DNA of 64,000 nucleotides, from sequence record MN159079.1; one strand, 5' to 3'. The first letter of the stretch is position 1; every line of letters begins with the position of its first letter. Below the pieces are notes generated by a model. The model searched no databases and was not told the DNA's origin. It saw nothing but the letters and a program-made list of their open reading frames with translations. Of the stretch, positions 8,944 through 22,600 are shown piece by piece. A program made the position numbers and the translations under genes.

Positions 8944-11900
8944 ATGAATAGAATTGACGTTCCTTTATATTCCTTGGATCTCACAGGAGAATCTCCTTTC
9001 AATAGAGTAATCAGGGAAGAAGGTGTTCGTTCAAGTAACCAGTTGGTTATACCTAACGCAGCACCTTTCTACATTGATTCCGTGACCATAACTCATATGG
9101 ACGGAACACCAATGGACCTCGGAAAGGACTATGACTTCTATGGGATCCTGGCAAATCTCACAGAGTACACGGCAAAGTCGGTCGGGCTTTACATTCGTTT
9201 CCTGAATGATGATATCAAGGAATGGATAGTTAGTTATAACACCGTAGGTAACTTCAACAAGATTACCACGGAAATTCTGAACATGCTCAAAGCGATCACG
9301 GAGGACGATCGACCGGTACACTGGGATAACATAGACAACAAACCACTCTGGTTTGTTCCCGAGCTCCACCAACATGATTACACGTTCCATTTCTTCGGGT
9401 TTAGTGACCTGGCGAGAGAACTGCTCCGTGTTCAGCAATACAGCGCCCTTTTCAATGACGGTGTTCAGACCGATCTGGACATGTTCAACATGCGCCTGGA
9501 GAGCTACATATCCGAATACCAGGGGGTGTTGAATCGGCTTATAACACGCCACGACACCAGTAAGGCCGACCCTCACGGCGTCTGGAAGACGGACATCGGT
9601 CTTGACAACGTGGACAACTTTAAGACCGCAACCCTCCAAGAAACTCTGGAAGGACTTCGTGACGATCTCCACATCACTGTCAACAACGCAGCACAGGCAA
9701 TAGAAGTTAGTAACGAGAGACTTTTCCCTGCCGGGACACTCCCTTTACTCCGTTATGGTAACGATAGTTTCATCCCCCCGAAAATAGACGGTTCATTCGA
9801 GGGAATGGGTGGTTACAACTTTAGACTCGGTGTNNNNNNNNNNNNNNNNNNNNNNNNNNNNNNNNNNNNNNNNNNNNNNNNNNNNNNNNNNNNNNNNNNN
9901 NNNNNNNNNNNNNNNNNNNNNNNNNNNNNAAAGTTAGTAACGAGAGACTTTTCCCTGCCGGGACACTCCCTTTACTCCGTTATGGTAACGATAGTTTCAT
10001 CCCCCCGAAAATAGACGGTTCATTCGAGGGAATGGGTGGTTACAACTTTAGACTCGGTGTCGTACGTGAGAGTAGTGGGGAGATGGTCGCACTCCAACAT
10101 CGCAATGATGGTGTGGTCCGCGGACTCTACTTCCTGAAGTGTGATGACCCTTATGCCAAAAATCCCAACTGGTCGTATACCAGTTATCGGTACATTCACC
10201 CGACGGCTGTTGCCGACGGTGCCAACATTGACTCTGTGATCAATGGTAGTGGCCAGTATGTGTTGGTGATTGGGGACTCGGTTAAAGGAATTTGGTACTG
10301 GTGTGAAACCAACGGGACCCTGGATCCCTCTAAACACGTGCTCAAACGCATCTCTGGTGATTTCATCAATGTCAATCACGGGATGGGTCAATCACTCACC
10401 CTACTGGTTGATAGTGATTACGCTGACCAGTGGTTTATCATGGGCTCCATGACTAATTCCGAAGTTAAGGCAGCTAGACCTGACTATCCCACATCGGTTG
10501 AGACAGGTGGTGGTGACCGTAGTGTAGAGGCAATGAGATTCTTCTCTTGTATTGCGTCATCTACAGCCGTGAATCTCTGTACAGTGGATTTCACGGAGCA
10601 AGACGGTAAAACACCCAAGGATAAAATCTGGATGCCTTACACCAGAACCGTGGTAACTCCTAACACGATCACTGGTTATGAGGCGGAGTACGAAACCCCG
10701 GCAACGACTGTATGGAATTATCGCGGTATCCAGGGTATGTGTAAAAGGACGGCAGTACCGAGAGAGTACGCATTCCGTCTGTACAACTATATCTATCGGA
10801 TAGAGAAGACTACCGGCCTGGCTTCTGGTTCACGTCCTGTCTGGAAGGGGACATTGAAACTCGATCCGGCGACCAACACCGTAAAAGTACTCCCCGGTCC
10901 CGGTGAGAAACGATATCGGATCTCCATTAAACCGAATGACGATACCGGCGTTGAAAATGATCTCTTTGTAAACTGGAAGACGAGTTCTCTAGCCACGATC
11001 ACCGATGATGTTTCAAGAGGATATGCCGAATTCGACCATAACGGTAATGCGATATACGTATCTCCCGTTGTATCCGGATCGTTACCTGGGCAAGTGACCC
11101 TTTATAAAACAGACGCGCCACTAACTCCAGAAAGATTAATTGGTGCCAGGTCTGACTTTGACTATGTTGAGGTCAGCAAAACACCCATGCCGGAGGTTAA
11201 CCCTGCTGGGCTGGCTGTTGGACTCACGGAACCAATGTCAATTCTCGGAGACACCAATCGTCCTGAAACGGCTATTGTTCTCGGTACCCAACTCACTATG
11301 GAAAATGGCGAGATAAAAATAGAATGGATTGGTCGTCCCACCCCATTCATGAATCCTGACTGGACTGGTAACACTTCGTTACTCCAACCCATTACAATAG
11401 GTGGTGTTCAGGTTAAGGGGTACCCTCTGACACCGGAGACGTACACGTGTTCCATGGGGCCGTACAAGTTCTGGTCTTTACACGGTTTCTCAACGATACC
11501 GGAAGTTAGTAGTTCTGTAAGAGAACGCTGGACGAGGAGCTGTGGTGCCGATGGGATGGCGAACATCAATGGAACACCAACCTCCCAAACCGATTTCTTG
11601 TTCCCGAAGATTTGCCGGCACGAGATTGTTGGTAGGGAAGTCAGGATTATTCCCGTTGAAGTTTACAATGTCGAGAGTATGTTGTCCGGCCAGATCAAGA
11701 CTTATTTGGATGGAAAGGGGATAAATACAGAAACCATCAAAATGACTTGGACGATGAGCCCCGTTTACAACCGGAAGGGAGAAGAGCGTGTACTTCTCAT
11801 GGTTTCCAGTCGTAAGCCAGGTGACGGACTTCGCGATGTAGAAGCTATCGTTATGGTGGGTCAATTGAAAGGTGTTGGTAATCCGATTACCAAAGATGGT

Positions 11901-12788
11901 TATAAATACTACGAACACTCTACATTTGACTTTGGTAACAAACACCACATCGGTCCCGCTTTAGTCGCTCCGGCCACAGCACTTGCCCCTGGCGGTCCAA
12001 TCCATGCGTGGCGGGCAGGGTTCTGTGTAGCTGACCTTAATACCGGAACCGCACCCGGGTCCGCAGATCAAACCTGTATTTATCTTCGAACAATACATCG
12101 ATACGCCATTGTCGGAGACACAGTCCCCATAAACCTGGTCATCGAAATGGAGAACGACTTCTCAATTTCCCGCATGGCTCCCAAACCAACTGGTTCGTCA
12201 CCTTACTCGGCCAGTATTTGTGCTTCTCCCGGGAACACAATGGGATACATATCGTCTAACGACGTCAACTTGGCTCGTGGGGCGTGTGTGGTGGCAGGTG
12301 GACTTCGTTGGGGGACCAACCGGTTTGATATCTTGACCTCGGCCGATCCAGGTGCTGGCGTGGAGAAACGGTTGTTGATTAGTAACTTACTCGTTTCAGC
12401 GTTCACTGTTTATTTCCAGGCGGCTGATAACGTCCTGTTGGGTGGTAGAGCGTATGATGTAAAGGCAACCTATATCGATATTCGGGATTTTGATAGCAAC
12501 CCAGCTAACAAAACCTTCTATATTTATCTTAGGTTTGCTGGTGGTCAACCGACCTACCAGATCGAACGAGCACCTACTCCGGAAACAGCAACGAGTGCTT
12601 GCGTTGCCGTTGTAAAGACTGGTGCTACCAGAATAGAGACGGTAGTTCCCTATAATCGGTTCTTGATGAACGGAGTGGAGATCAGTAGTAAACGGCGAGG
12701 GGCGGCAATACTTTCCCCGGCCGGTAGTATCTTCGATAAGGGTTCTTTGGCACCCATCATCAGTGAATCTGATTTCTTGCCAGGGTAA
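8944..12788 (+). CDS. Tail fibre-like protein 1 (phiKZ gp131 family), about 1205 aa after removing an assembly artefact
   Basis: ORF-track entries 8944..10014 and 10032..12788 are one gene. 9704-9833 is duplicated at 9931-10060 across the N-gap; collapsing 227 bp joins them in frame (287+918 aa). Shares NPHGV..IGL.NVDN..TAT, P.I.GSFEG.G and C-terminal F..NG..IS..RRG motifs with the next gene. Confidence 0.8.
9704..10060. other. Scaffold gap (96 N) with 130-bp duplicated flanks; assembly artefact
   Basis: Exact direct repeat 9704-9833 = 9931-10060, offset 227 bp. Confidence 0.92.
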
Positions 12789-12801
12789 TAAATAACAAGA
12801 C

Positions 12802-12834
12802 GAGAGTGCGATCTTTTGATCGCACTCTCTCTTT
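12802..12834 (+). terminator. Intrinsic terminator
   Basis: GAGAGTGCGATC-TTTT-GATCGCACTCTC followed by TCTTT. Confidence 0.85.
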
Positions 12835-12860
12835 ACTCCTATTTGTTCTAAGAGGAAAAC

Positions 12861-15800
12861 ATGAAAGATATCGAGATTGTCAAAATTGACTACTCGGCAG
12901 CGGATCCAGCATACAAGGTAAAAGAGAAGCATGTCATAAAAGACATTTCTGTACCATGGCTGGTACCCGACCAAGGGCCGTATTACACAACGGGGTTGCG
13001 TTTGTACAATGCAGGAACTCCCCTCACTTATGAAAAGGACTACATCTACGACACTCCGGCTACTGAACTCACTGACCGGCTGGGTCGAGATGTTTATCAC
13101 TTCATCATTCTGCGTGATCACATCGTGTCCAGCGCAACAGCAATTGATATTGAATATCAAAAGGTTGGAAACCCCATGTTGGGGAGGAACCAACTGTTAC
13201 AGATGCTGGACGACCTGATCATCTCCGGTAAACCTATTGACATAACAACCAGTGTCATAGGGATGCCGGAAACATTCCCTAGCGCCAAGCACTCCATGGA
13301 TGTTACCAAGCCAGAGGAAGTTGTAGGGTTTGGTAACTTGATGATGTTGTTCAGTATTCTGTCAGGGCGTGTCGCCGGTAATGGCGATTACGTTAAGGAA
13401 TTACTGGATAAGCTCAAAACTGACAACTTCAAGAGACTGGACTACATCCAGAACCTGCAATGGAATGCAATTATCAACCACACCAGTCGGGTAAGAAACC
13501 CCCATGGGGTTAAAGCCGATAATGTCGAGTTGGGTAAACTGGAAAACTACAAAACAGCCACCCCGGCGCAGGAGATAGAAGGGACACGTTCTGATCTCTA
13601 CTCTACTCCACATGGACTGGGAGAGATAATTCGTGAAACAGAACCAGACTCAGAAGAATTCGTTTTCCAGAACGAACTTCCCTTCAGTTATTATGGTTCT
13701 GGTCTTTATCTTCCTCCCCCAATATCTGGGTCTTTCGAAGGTCTGGGAGCCGATATAGAAAACGGTACCTTTGTGCAAGAAGGTAACGGGTGGGTGGTAG
13801 GTCTTTCGCGAATGTTCGATGGACGGTTGCGGAACCTCTATTACATTTATGATCAGGGATTGGACGACATCCCTAACGTCGGAAATTTCAGGAACAGTTA
13901 TGTGCAATACCGACACCCTACCATAGACGCAGCGGGTTGTTCAGCGACCATGACGATGTCTGGGTCCGGTGCCGATGTACTGGTGGTGGGTGACCAGGAG
14001 AAAAACCGGTACTGGATAACAGATCCTAATTCCACTTTGGATCCTACGGCCCACGTGTTCAAGGAAATGGACCTTAGTGTCTATTCTAACCGTAAAGATT
14101 GGCAGTACTGGGTGAACGTATCCTCTAACATTTTCAAAGTTGGTGGGTACTTCTACCTGATGGTCTATACCGACGAAAATATAGAAGGTATCGACAGCAC
14201 CGGATACGTGTTAGCAAATGCGGCGGGTTGGTTGTGTCGTTGTCCCGTGGCGGATCTGACCAACCCGAACAAACCGACGATGGTTTTCCAGGCTGTTAAT
14301 CTTACCTACGACAACTTGCGTAGGGAAAGACGTGTCAACCAGTCCGCATTTAGCATTGATCGTTGGGAGCGCAACGCTAACGGATTTACGTCAGGGCTCG
14401 GATGCCGATTTGGATCCAATACCGTGGAACTGATGTCACACCGTCGACGAGCAATGATTTTCTGTCCCAACCCCAACAATGAAAACGTCATCGCGGTGAA
14501 AATACTCTTCATTGTTAGAACGGTAAGAAGGACACAGTTTGGTAACGTGGCAAAGCAGGTTACAGTGGCGGCGGATTACACATTTGATGCGACGACCAAC
14601 ACACTGGCGCTTAGTCCCAAATGGAAGTACATAACCTTAAATGAAACAAATGAAGTCCCTACCAACCTCGATCAAGAATCTCTTAACCGTCAATGGTTGA
14701 CGGCAGGAATGGTGGCCGGTAACAGCGGTCGAAAGGGGATTTTCACATTTGGCGGGACTCGTATAAATGTTTCGTTTATACCAGGCTATGGTTACGTCGG
14801 TCAATATAGTAGCGCGGATGGTGGTTTGCCGCATGCTATCTGTAAGGCCCTGGTAAACCCGTCCAGGGATCCGTCCAGGGACTGGGAGTATTTCCAGCAA
14901 CCCACAACTTACATCATGCCTAATGGAGAAAGTAACGACGGAACCAACGGTATCAGCTATGAAACACCATTTGGTTTCATGGCGTATCCGGCCTGGAACG
15001 TTGATGTTTTCAACATCAACGGTGTGAATAGTCCCACTCCGGTAGAGTTGTTCATGGGCTTCAGCCATGAAAAAGCCGAAACCTTTTTCTATCGTGAATG
15101 CGAACCAGGTGACGGGACCAAGTACCTCCAACGACCAGAGTTGAAACTTCTGTCCGGTGTTACCCCCTACTCCAGACAAATGAACAGTCGGTACGGGACC
15201 GTAAAGGGGCTACATCCTTACATGGGTAGGGTGAATAATCCTAGATCCAGGGACAAGTATAGTGCTGAATACGGGTGCTTCTCAGTCCACTGGAATGGTA
15301 TCCCTGCAAAACCACCTAGGTTCACTATAGTTCCTGGTCGCAATGGAAACCCCAGTGCCCCTGTCTATGGTCCTGACAGAGGAATCTACATCCCTCTGAT
15401 ATGTGAGCATGAAATAGCCAACGGGGTCATGACGGTTCGCTCTACTCCCGCCGGGTCCGTGTATCTTCCCGCTTATATATGGAGCGAATGGAAAGATCGC
15501 ATCACAAATGGGGAATTATGGCCGTCAATAGACATGTCTGTCGACTTTTACCTCTGCGCCAAAAAGGATGGTGCACCTCTTGGTCGCAGACATTCGTATG
15601 CCGTATTCACGTACCATACGACGGATAACCCCTTGGATATTAAACAGGTGATCTCTAAGTTCACTTGGGACGTTAACGGTCAAATGCCGGACGGGACACC
15701 CATCATGAGGGTCAGTTCCGAACAGTACCCGTTCACTTCCGGTATCACAGGAAATCCCCTTAAGCCCAAGAACTCACTGGCTGAAGGTGAAACCAACATC

Positions 15801-16592
15801 CACATTCCTGCCGTTGGTAATGACGTGACACACCAACCTAATGGTCAGTGGAGCTACATTGATCCTAGTGCACTTTCTAGGATGTCATTGCAGGTCTTGG
15901 AATATCCAGAGTTGGGTCCCGATCAATTCACCATTTGGGGGTATCCGGGATGGAGGTTATCAACCGTTGCGTATTCACGGATCTTCACGTTTAACGACAC
16001 CAACGTTCCGTCACACACACCTAACAATACCAAGGCATATTCACCCTGGACTGGTGCTTATGTTGGGTATGGTGCGTTCCAAATCGCTCATCCCGATTAC
16101 GACATGTGTGCTGGTCTGAACTTTAATGATGTTGGTGGTGGTGCCATGAACTTGGTTGTTGCCAATGGCGGCCGTCAAATACTCATGGGAAGCGTATTCT
16201 CAGTGGGTAACTGGAGTGTGTTCGTAAACAGTGATGTGACGGTGACCTTTAACGGTTACTCCATGACCGCTGTTAAACGTAACTTTGACCTTCGTGATTT
16301 CAGTGAGAAGTACAGGGATAATGTGTTCTACATATACTGTGTCGCTAGAGGGTCTAAAGCCGAGTATGAACTCACCCACATACTGAGACACTCCAGAGGC
16401 GATTGCTTGTTGATATGTAAGATCACAACTGGTTCCCAAGGGATCTCGTTGATTGAACGTTATCAGCCTTTTGCCATCAATGGCTCCCCTATGACACCTG
16501 TGCGGGATGCAGGCATTCCATACACGACCGGTAACATGTTCGAAGATGGTGAATGGAGTCACATCAAGAAATCAGAGTTGTATATCGACTAA
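12861..16592 (+). CDS. Tail fibre-like protein 2 (phiKZ gp131 family paralog), 1243 aa
   Basis: Collinear with the previous gene: NPHGV.A.NVELGKLENYKTAT, LPPPISGSFEGLG, YVQYRHP, TLDPTAHVFK, C-terminal FDLRDF...FYIY...FAING. The central region is divergent. Confidence 0.8.
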   Translation: MKDIEIVKIDYSAADPAYKVKEKHVIKDISVPWLVPDQGPYYTTGLRLYNAGTPLTYEKDYIYDTPATELTDRLGRDVYHFIILRDHIVSSATAIDIEYQKVGNPMLGRNQLLQMLDDLIISGKPIDITTSVIGMPETFPSAKHSMDVTKPEEVVGFGNLMMLFSILSGRVAGNGDYVKELLDKLKTDNFKRLDYIQNLQWNAIINHTSRVRNPHGVKADNVELGKLENYKTATPAQEIEGTRSDLYSTPHGLGEIIRETEPDSEEFVFQNELPFSYYGSGLYLPPPISGSFEGLGADIENGTFVQEGNGWVVGLSRMFDGRLRNLYYIYDQGLDDIPNVGNFRNSYVQYRHPTIDAAGCSATMTMSGSGADVLVVGDQEKNRYWITDPNSTLDPTAHVFKEMDLSVYSNRKDWQYWVNVSSNIFKVGGYFYLMVYTDENIEGIDSTGYVLANAAGWLCRCPVADLTNPNKPTMVFQAVNLTYDNLRRERRVNQSAFSIDRWERNANGFTSGLGCRFGSNTVELMSHRRRAMIFCPNPNNENVIAVKILFIVRTVRRTQFGNVAKQVTVAADYTFDATTNTLALSPKWKYITLNETNEVPTNLDQESLNRQWLTAGMVAGNSGRKGIFTFGGTRINVSFIPGYGYVGQYSSADGGLPHAICKALVNPSRDPSRDWEYFQQPTTYIMPNGESNDGTNGISYETPFGFMAYPAWNVDVFNINGVNSPTPVELFMGFSHEKAETFFYRECEPGDGTKYLQRPELKLLSGVTPYSRQMNSRYGTVKGLHPYMGRVNNPRSRDKYSAEYGCFSVHWNGIPAKPPRFTIVPGRNGNPSAPVYGPDRGIYIPLICEHEIANGVMTVRSTPAGSVYLPAYIWSEWKDRITNGELWPSIDMSVDFYLCAKKDGAPLGRRHSYAVFTYHTTDNPLDIKQVISKFTWDVNGQMPDGTPIMRVSSEQYPFTSGITGNPLKPKNSLAEGETNIHIPAVGNDVTHQPNGQWSYIDPSALSRMSLQVLEYPELGPDQFTIWGYPGWRLSTVAYSRIFTFNDTNVPSHTPNNTKAYSPWTGAYVGYGAFQIAHPDYDMCAGLNFNDVGGGAMNLVVANGGRQILMGSVFSVGNWSVFVNSDVTVTFNGYSMTAVKRNFDLRDFSEKYRDNVFYIYCVARGSKAEYELTHILRHSRGDCLLICKITTGSQGISLIERYQPFAINGSPMTPVRDAGIPYTTGNMFEDGEWSHIKKSELYID

Positions 16593-16597
16593 ACCAC

Positions 16598-16624
16598 GGG
16601 GAGGGAGACCTCCCCCATTTATTT
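16598..16624 (+). terminator. Intrinsic terminator
   Basis: GGGGAGG-GAGA-CCTCCCC followed by CATTTATTT. Confidence 0.7.
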
Positions 16625-16640
16625 ACATGAGAGAGTCTTT

Positions 16641-19600
16641 ATGTATGTAGATAAGGATAAACCCCAACCCCCACTGGACGAACGTACCGATCCGGTAGGG
16701 GTCGTACTTGAAGCGTTCATTGAGAACGATCGTAAAGTACAAGAAGTGACGGGTGATATCGTTGACACGATAAAGGACATCCAGAACGCGCAGACGTCAG
16801 CCACTCAGAAACTTGACAAGTTTGATGCCGACGTTAAGGCAAAACTTAAGACCCACGTTGATAAACGCGGGGCAGTTCACGGGGAGAATAAGCACACAGT
16901 AGGATTGGGGAACAAGGATAACTACCCAATGGCTACAATGCAGGAACATGTGGACGGTAAGGCTCTAGCTTACGCACACCCCTCCGGTCTCCGCGAGTTG
17001 GTGGAATCCAGAGTGAAAAGTGATCCTACCAAGTATATTCCTGCGCGAGTAATACCTCTGGCTTCTGGTGGGATGCTGGGTGAAGTTCCTCAGTACCACA
17101 TGGATTTGAGTATTGGTGAGCTCGACCAATCCAAACAGGACCCCAATCTTCATTTAGGGGAAACCCCTTGGGAATTTAGCACCACCTCAGGTGCTCTGAT
17201 ATTCCCCACAATCAATAACGCACCTCACCATGGGCGATACACCCAAGTCCCCCAAGGAATGAACGTGTTCAGCCATGGCCCCCATGGTGGGACAAAAATC
17301 CGAGTCTACAATAAGACTCTGGATAGCCGAAGAACACGTCCGTCGTTTATTCGTGGTTGGGGTGATGCTTCAGGTGCTCCCGAGCAATTAGGGACCTGTG
17401 TCAAAGCGGGGAGTTCACTCTTCGACAAGACACACGTTATTTACCGTGAAAATAACTGGCTGCTTCGGTCCTTTAACAAAAACGCACTCCCCTCCGATGT
17501 GGTAGAGATATATAAGTACTATTCGAAAGAACCAGAAGGTATCTTCGAGTACGCAGAGGGATTTCTCTTTAACTATTGGGTGACACCCCTCAACGCCATC
17601 GTCCCCGGCGGATCAGTCGCCGAACCACATATCAAGCTGGATATGCGGTGCTTTAAAATGGACGTGGCTGATTACCGTGCCGCCCAAGGAGCGGTCAGCC
17701 TGAATGGGGAACAGCGGTCATCCCTTGGGGATGCAACTCAAACGTTCTCTGCGACGGTACCTGCGCACAACAAAATGGTTTTTGGAAGTCAAGCTGGTTC
17801 CGGGGTAGGTTCTATTTATATCAGGCTGAATCGTCTTTTGACACTCCCTGGCGGGATGGAGAATGCGTTTCTTGCCAATCTGAACCAAGACCTCGTGCGA
17901 CAGTTAACCTTCGCGTGGCGTAATCGCATGAGCTACCACGGTCTGTTCAGGATCCCTGTAGGTTGGTGGAACAAACAAAAAACTAAATACTGGCACGCCT
18001 GGGTCGATTTCGAGATTATCGATCGTCCTTTCTATACTGGACTCAATAACCAACTCCGGGTGTTGACAGCAGATCCGTCTTGGAACACAGTCCAGACTGT
18101 CGACGCTAACTGGAACGTGACCGGGTCAGGAATGTTCAAAGAGTACCGCGCTGACATCAAAGATAACCCGATGCACCCCTTGGCGCTCGGTGGTATCTTC
18201 GAATCCCAAGGCGGCCACATGAAGACCTACACCTTGTATGGAAGACAGTATACTGCCTATCACCAACACGACATGGGTCAATCGCTGGATTTCATCACTA
18301 AGGGTAACGTCCCTCTTCCTCCTCCGACCCAGAGCGAGTACAGTGCCAGGTCCACCTTGAACGGTACCGGTCTTTATGGGGACCACCTCCGACACATTCC
18401 TGTCGATATCGACCAACAGACCGGTTTGGTGACGTACCTTACTCACGTTCGCGATTATCGTGATCGTTATCGGTGGGCCCGTGTGGTCATCGATGGAGAA
18501 CAGGAAGTCGTCCAGGACAGGTTCTACGGGAACTACCTTGGTCCCAAAGTCCAGAAATTGGACTGGCTCCCAGGGATCAAAACACCCAGACCGTTCGTTA
18601 TTTCCAACGATGACTTCCAACCCACGATGAACATCAACGGGTTGGTCTTTACAGCCGAAAACAAGTTTCTTGGCTTTGGTAGTTTCAGAACCAATGAAGC
18701 TAACCAGGATTACCTTGAATACGTTGACGAGATTAGGTTGGATGAACAAGTTATTGCTTGGGTAAAAAGCAATGCAGGTGGCTTCACCAACCCTGATTTA
18801 CTCTTCTTCTATTTCAGAGGGAGTTTGTTCTGGTTCTGTCGTTGTTCCGACCCCGCCGAATATCCGGCTGACGGAAAGGATTGTTACTACGGCGTAATAA
18901 AGGACTGTGGTGTCAAACTCGATGGTGGTGGTGCCCGTGTCATGGGTCCGAATGGTTCTATCGCTGATTCAATCACGATTAACAAATTCAACTTAATGAC
19001 CAAAAATAGTTTACTGGTCGATCAAGCGGAAGTTTACGGGATAGATTCCCTCTCCGGTCGTGATGTTTACATCATGATGACCCAGCACCATAACGATTCA
19101 GGAACCCAAGATCATGACGTAATGGTCAACATGGGTCCTTTCAACAATTTCTATATTGAAATGAAGTTGATACGTTCTGGTGATGGCACCATGACGTTTA
19201 GACCGAAGCCAGAGGCGATCGATCCGGTATTCCCTTACACAGAGAGTAATGGTTTCCAAATAGACTATGACGCACACACTCTGTATGGGACAAAAATTCC
19301 GGAAAGATTCCACGTAAACTACCAGTCCCCCGTGATGTTGAAGAAAGGGATGTGGAGCTACCGTAAAACCCCCAATAACTTTGGGTTCTTTACACGTCGA
19401 CATGGGTTCGTTACGATAACCGGTTGTGTGATGACCAGTTACTATGGGACAGACGTTTATCCCATGGGATCAGTCCTCACGGTTTCCGGGAAGAACACGG
19501 TGGTTAAGAAGCCGGTCCAGTTTAGTCCCGACGACATTGATGGAAGTTCGGAACTGTTCGTCAGAATAGTGGGTGATGAACCTGTACTCTACGGTACGAA

Positions 19601-22600
19601 TTTTAATCCCAATGGTTACGAGGTAGAACCACATAACGGCGCTGCCCCAGCTGGTTGGGGGTCTGGTTCGAACTTCTATTATTACGATCCGGCTAGTTGG
19701 AGAAATACTTTCATGCCGGTGATAGATGGACGGCGGATGAGTTGGTATGGTTACGGTTCGACCGTACCCGTTCTTCTGGGGAAACCTGGGGAAGGACTTC
19801 CTATCAACAGGTATTACTTTGGAACCCAAAGTACCCAGATGACCTGGGACACTGCTAAAGGAAGGGTGGTGAAGTTTGATGCCGAAATAGCCACCACTGT
19901 GGCTGTAAACGGAAACGCAGAAGTGACCGGAAGTGCTACGCAGTATGTTATCCCTGCACAGTACACCGGGGTGGTGACAATCGACCTTTACAACGCCAAT
20001 AAACTCATCTGGGCACCAGGACTGACAAACCTGATCCGGTTGGGGAGCGAAATAATGGAGGTTGACTTCTCTGGTTCAGACCAGTTTACGATTTCGGCTC
20101 CATTACCAAAACGTGTCACCAGTCTGAAACGTGCGTTCTATAAAGCTAAGGGTGCGAGTTATCCTGGGCTTCAAAATTGGAACGTGACGGGCGTCACCGA
20201 CTTCACCGAGTGTTTTGCTGAAACCACCGCATTCAACCAAGATCTTAGCAATTGGACCTTCGTTATGGGGAGGACATTGCGAGGGATGTTCCAGAACGCC
20301 GTGGCATTCAACCAACCTGTTCCCGGAACTTGGTTCCAATACATCCTGGATTGTTCCTACATGTTTGCTGGTTCCGGTGCGTTTAACAAACCTCTAACTG
20401 GAACCGCGTTACAGTGTAAAACAGCCATCGGTATGTTCCAAGGCTCCAAAGCGTTCAACTCCAGTATTGATGGACTCAAGTTCCTGGAAATTGTGGATAT
20501 CTCTGATTTCTTCAGGGAGTCGGTCGTTTTCAACCAATCCATAAACGGATTTGACGTTTCGAAGGTTGAGCGCGCGGAAAGGATGTTCCAAGGTGCGAAA
20601 GGGTTCCTCCAACCCATCACACTCAACATGAAGCAATGTCATTCAGTGTCAGGGATGTTCAAAGATAACCTTGTGTTTAATGCACTTGTGAATATCTCAC
20701 TCCCTATCTGTACTGACTTCAGCCAAATGTTCATGGGGACCAAGCTGTTCAACCAGAAATTGCCTGCATGGTCATTTAGCCCCAGGACAACATTGCGAGA
20801 AATGTTCAGCGGGTCCAAAGCCTACAACCAGTCAATGGACCATTGGATGATGGAACGTGTCGCGTCCATTTCCAGAATGTTCCAGTTCGCCGGTGCTTAC
20901 CAGCAACCTATCAAGACCTGGACCTTCTATAAGTTGGTTGACTGTTCTTACCTGTTCGCTAATTCCTCGTTCAATGCGGATGTCAATGATATAAAGTGGC
21001 CAAGTGATCCAACCCTGGGGATTAACGCCACTGGTATCTTCTATTACAATTTGGTTTATAACCAACCACTGAGTAAATGGAATACCGTTGCATTCAAATT
21101 GTTCAATGGTATCTTTAATCTGGCAAGATCGTTTAACCAAGACATTTCAGCCTGGAATGTCTCCAATGGTGAAAACTTTGAAAACCTCTTTAAAGACGCC
21201 ATCGAATTCGATGGGGATATTTCCAACTGGAATGTAGGTAAATCCAAAACGTTCTCTTACTTCGCAGCGAATGCCGTCAAGTTCAAATCCGACCTTTCCA
21301 AGTGGGACGTGAGTTCTTGTTTCAACTTCGAAGCGATGTTCAGACACTGTTTGGCTTTCGATAGCGATATCTCTGAGTGGGATGTCTCCAACGGTACCAC
21401 TTTCGAGTGGATGTTCGATGGATATTCGTTAACCGAAACCGTCACACCTGAATACTTTATGATCTTCAACCAAGATCTGAGTAAATGGAACGTTGGAAAG
21501 GGTGTCCGCTTTAATGCCATGTTCCGCAAGTGTCAATTGTTCACGTCTGACCTTTCTGGGTGGGATATGACAAACGCGCAAGAAGTCGGTGCGATGTTCC
21601 AACATTGCTACGAGTTCCAGTCGGAACTTGCTTCTTGGAAAGTGGCGAAGTTCACTCATGTTCGTTACATGTTCTTCCACGCCCACAACTTCAACGCTCC
21701 TATCCCTGATTGGGACGTGTCAAGGTGTACTGAGTTCGACCAGATGTTTAGTTACACCTACATGTTCAACCAGGACTTGAGTAACTGGGATATGAGCAAT
21801 GCCAGAAACCTCAATAGGATGTTCGATGTTGCGGTGGCCTTCAATGGCAATGTTTCTACTTGGGATGTTTCCAATGTAGTGACTTTCTGGGGAATGTTTA
21901 GGGATGCCGCAGTGTTCAACGGTGATCTCTCTGGCTGGGTTACATCCAATGCGAATGATTTCAGTGGTATGTTCCAAGACGCGCTCTCGTTTGATCGGGA
22001 TTTGAGTGGATGGGATGTCTCCAAGGGGATCAAGTTCAATGCGATGTTTAGGTCGACCAAGTGCAATTTCGGTATGAACAACTGGAACGTGGGTAACGCC
22101 ACTACCTTTGCCGAAATGTTCAAGGGGAACATTGTCTTTAACCAGAAACTGTCTACTTGGAAAACAGGTAAAGTTACTGATATGGCACATATGTTCTCTG
22201 GGTGCAAGGCACTAACGGATCCGGCGATCGGTAATTGGGATACTGGGCGTGTGGAACTTATGAATCAAATGTTCTTCGATTGCCCTCTTTTCAATTCCGA
22301 CATCTCTGGTTGGAACGTATCCAATGTGACAAACTTCTCCAGGATGTTTATGAGCGCGTTTAAGTTCAACGCTAACTTGTCGACCTGGAATGTTTCCAAT
22401 GGTGTGACTTTCGAAAGAATGTTCCACACAACGGAACTCTTCAACCAACCTCTGAATACCTGGAGGATGGTGAAAGGCGAAGATTTCACAGATATGTTCT
22501 ACGGAGCAAAAGCGTTTAACCAACCCATCAATGACTGGGGTATGGCCAGTGCTAAGACGCTCAGCGGAATGTTCCGTGGTTCCCCTGTGTTCAACCAGCC

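Noticed and set aside
9704-10060. 130-bp direct repeat flanking Ns, apparently splitting/frameshifting a tail-fibre gene
   Set aside because: Both gaps in the window have the same 227-bp offset (about a 127-bp k-mer overlap plus 100 spacer positions), typical of scaffolder output. Collapsing restores a single in-frame ORF, so this is not a biological duplication, programmed frameshift or pseudogene.
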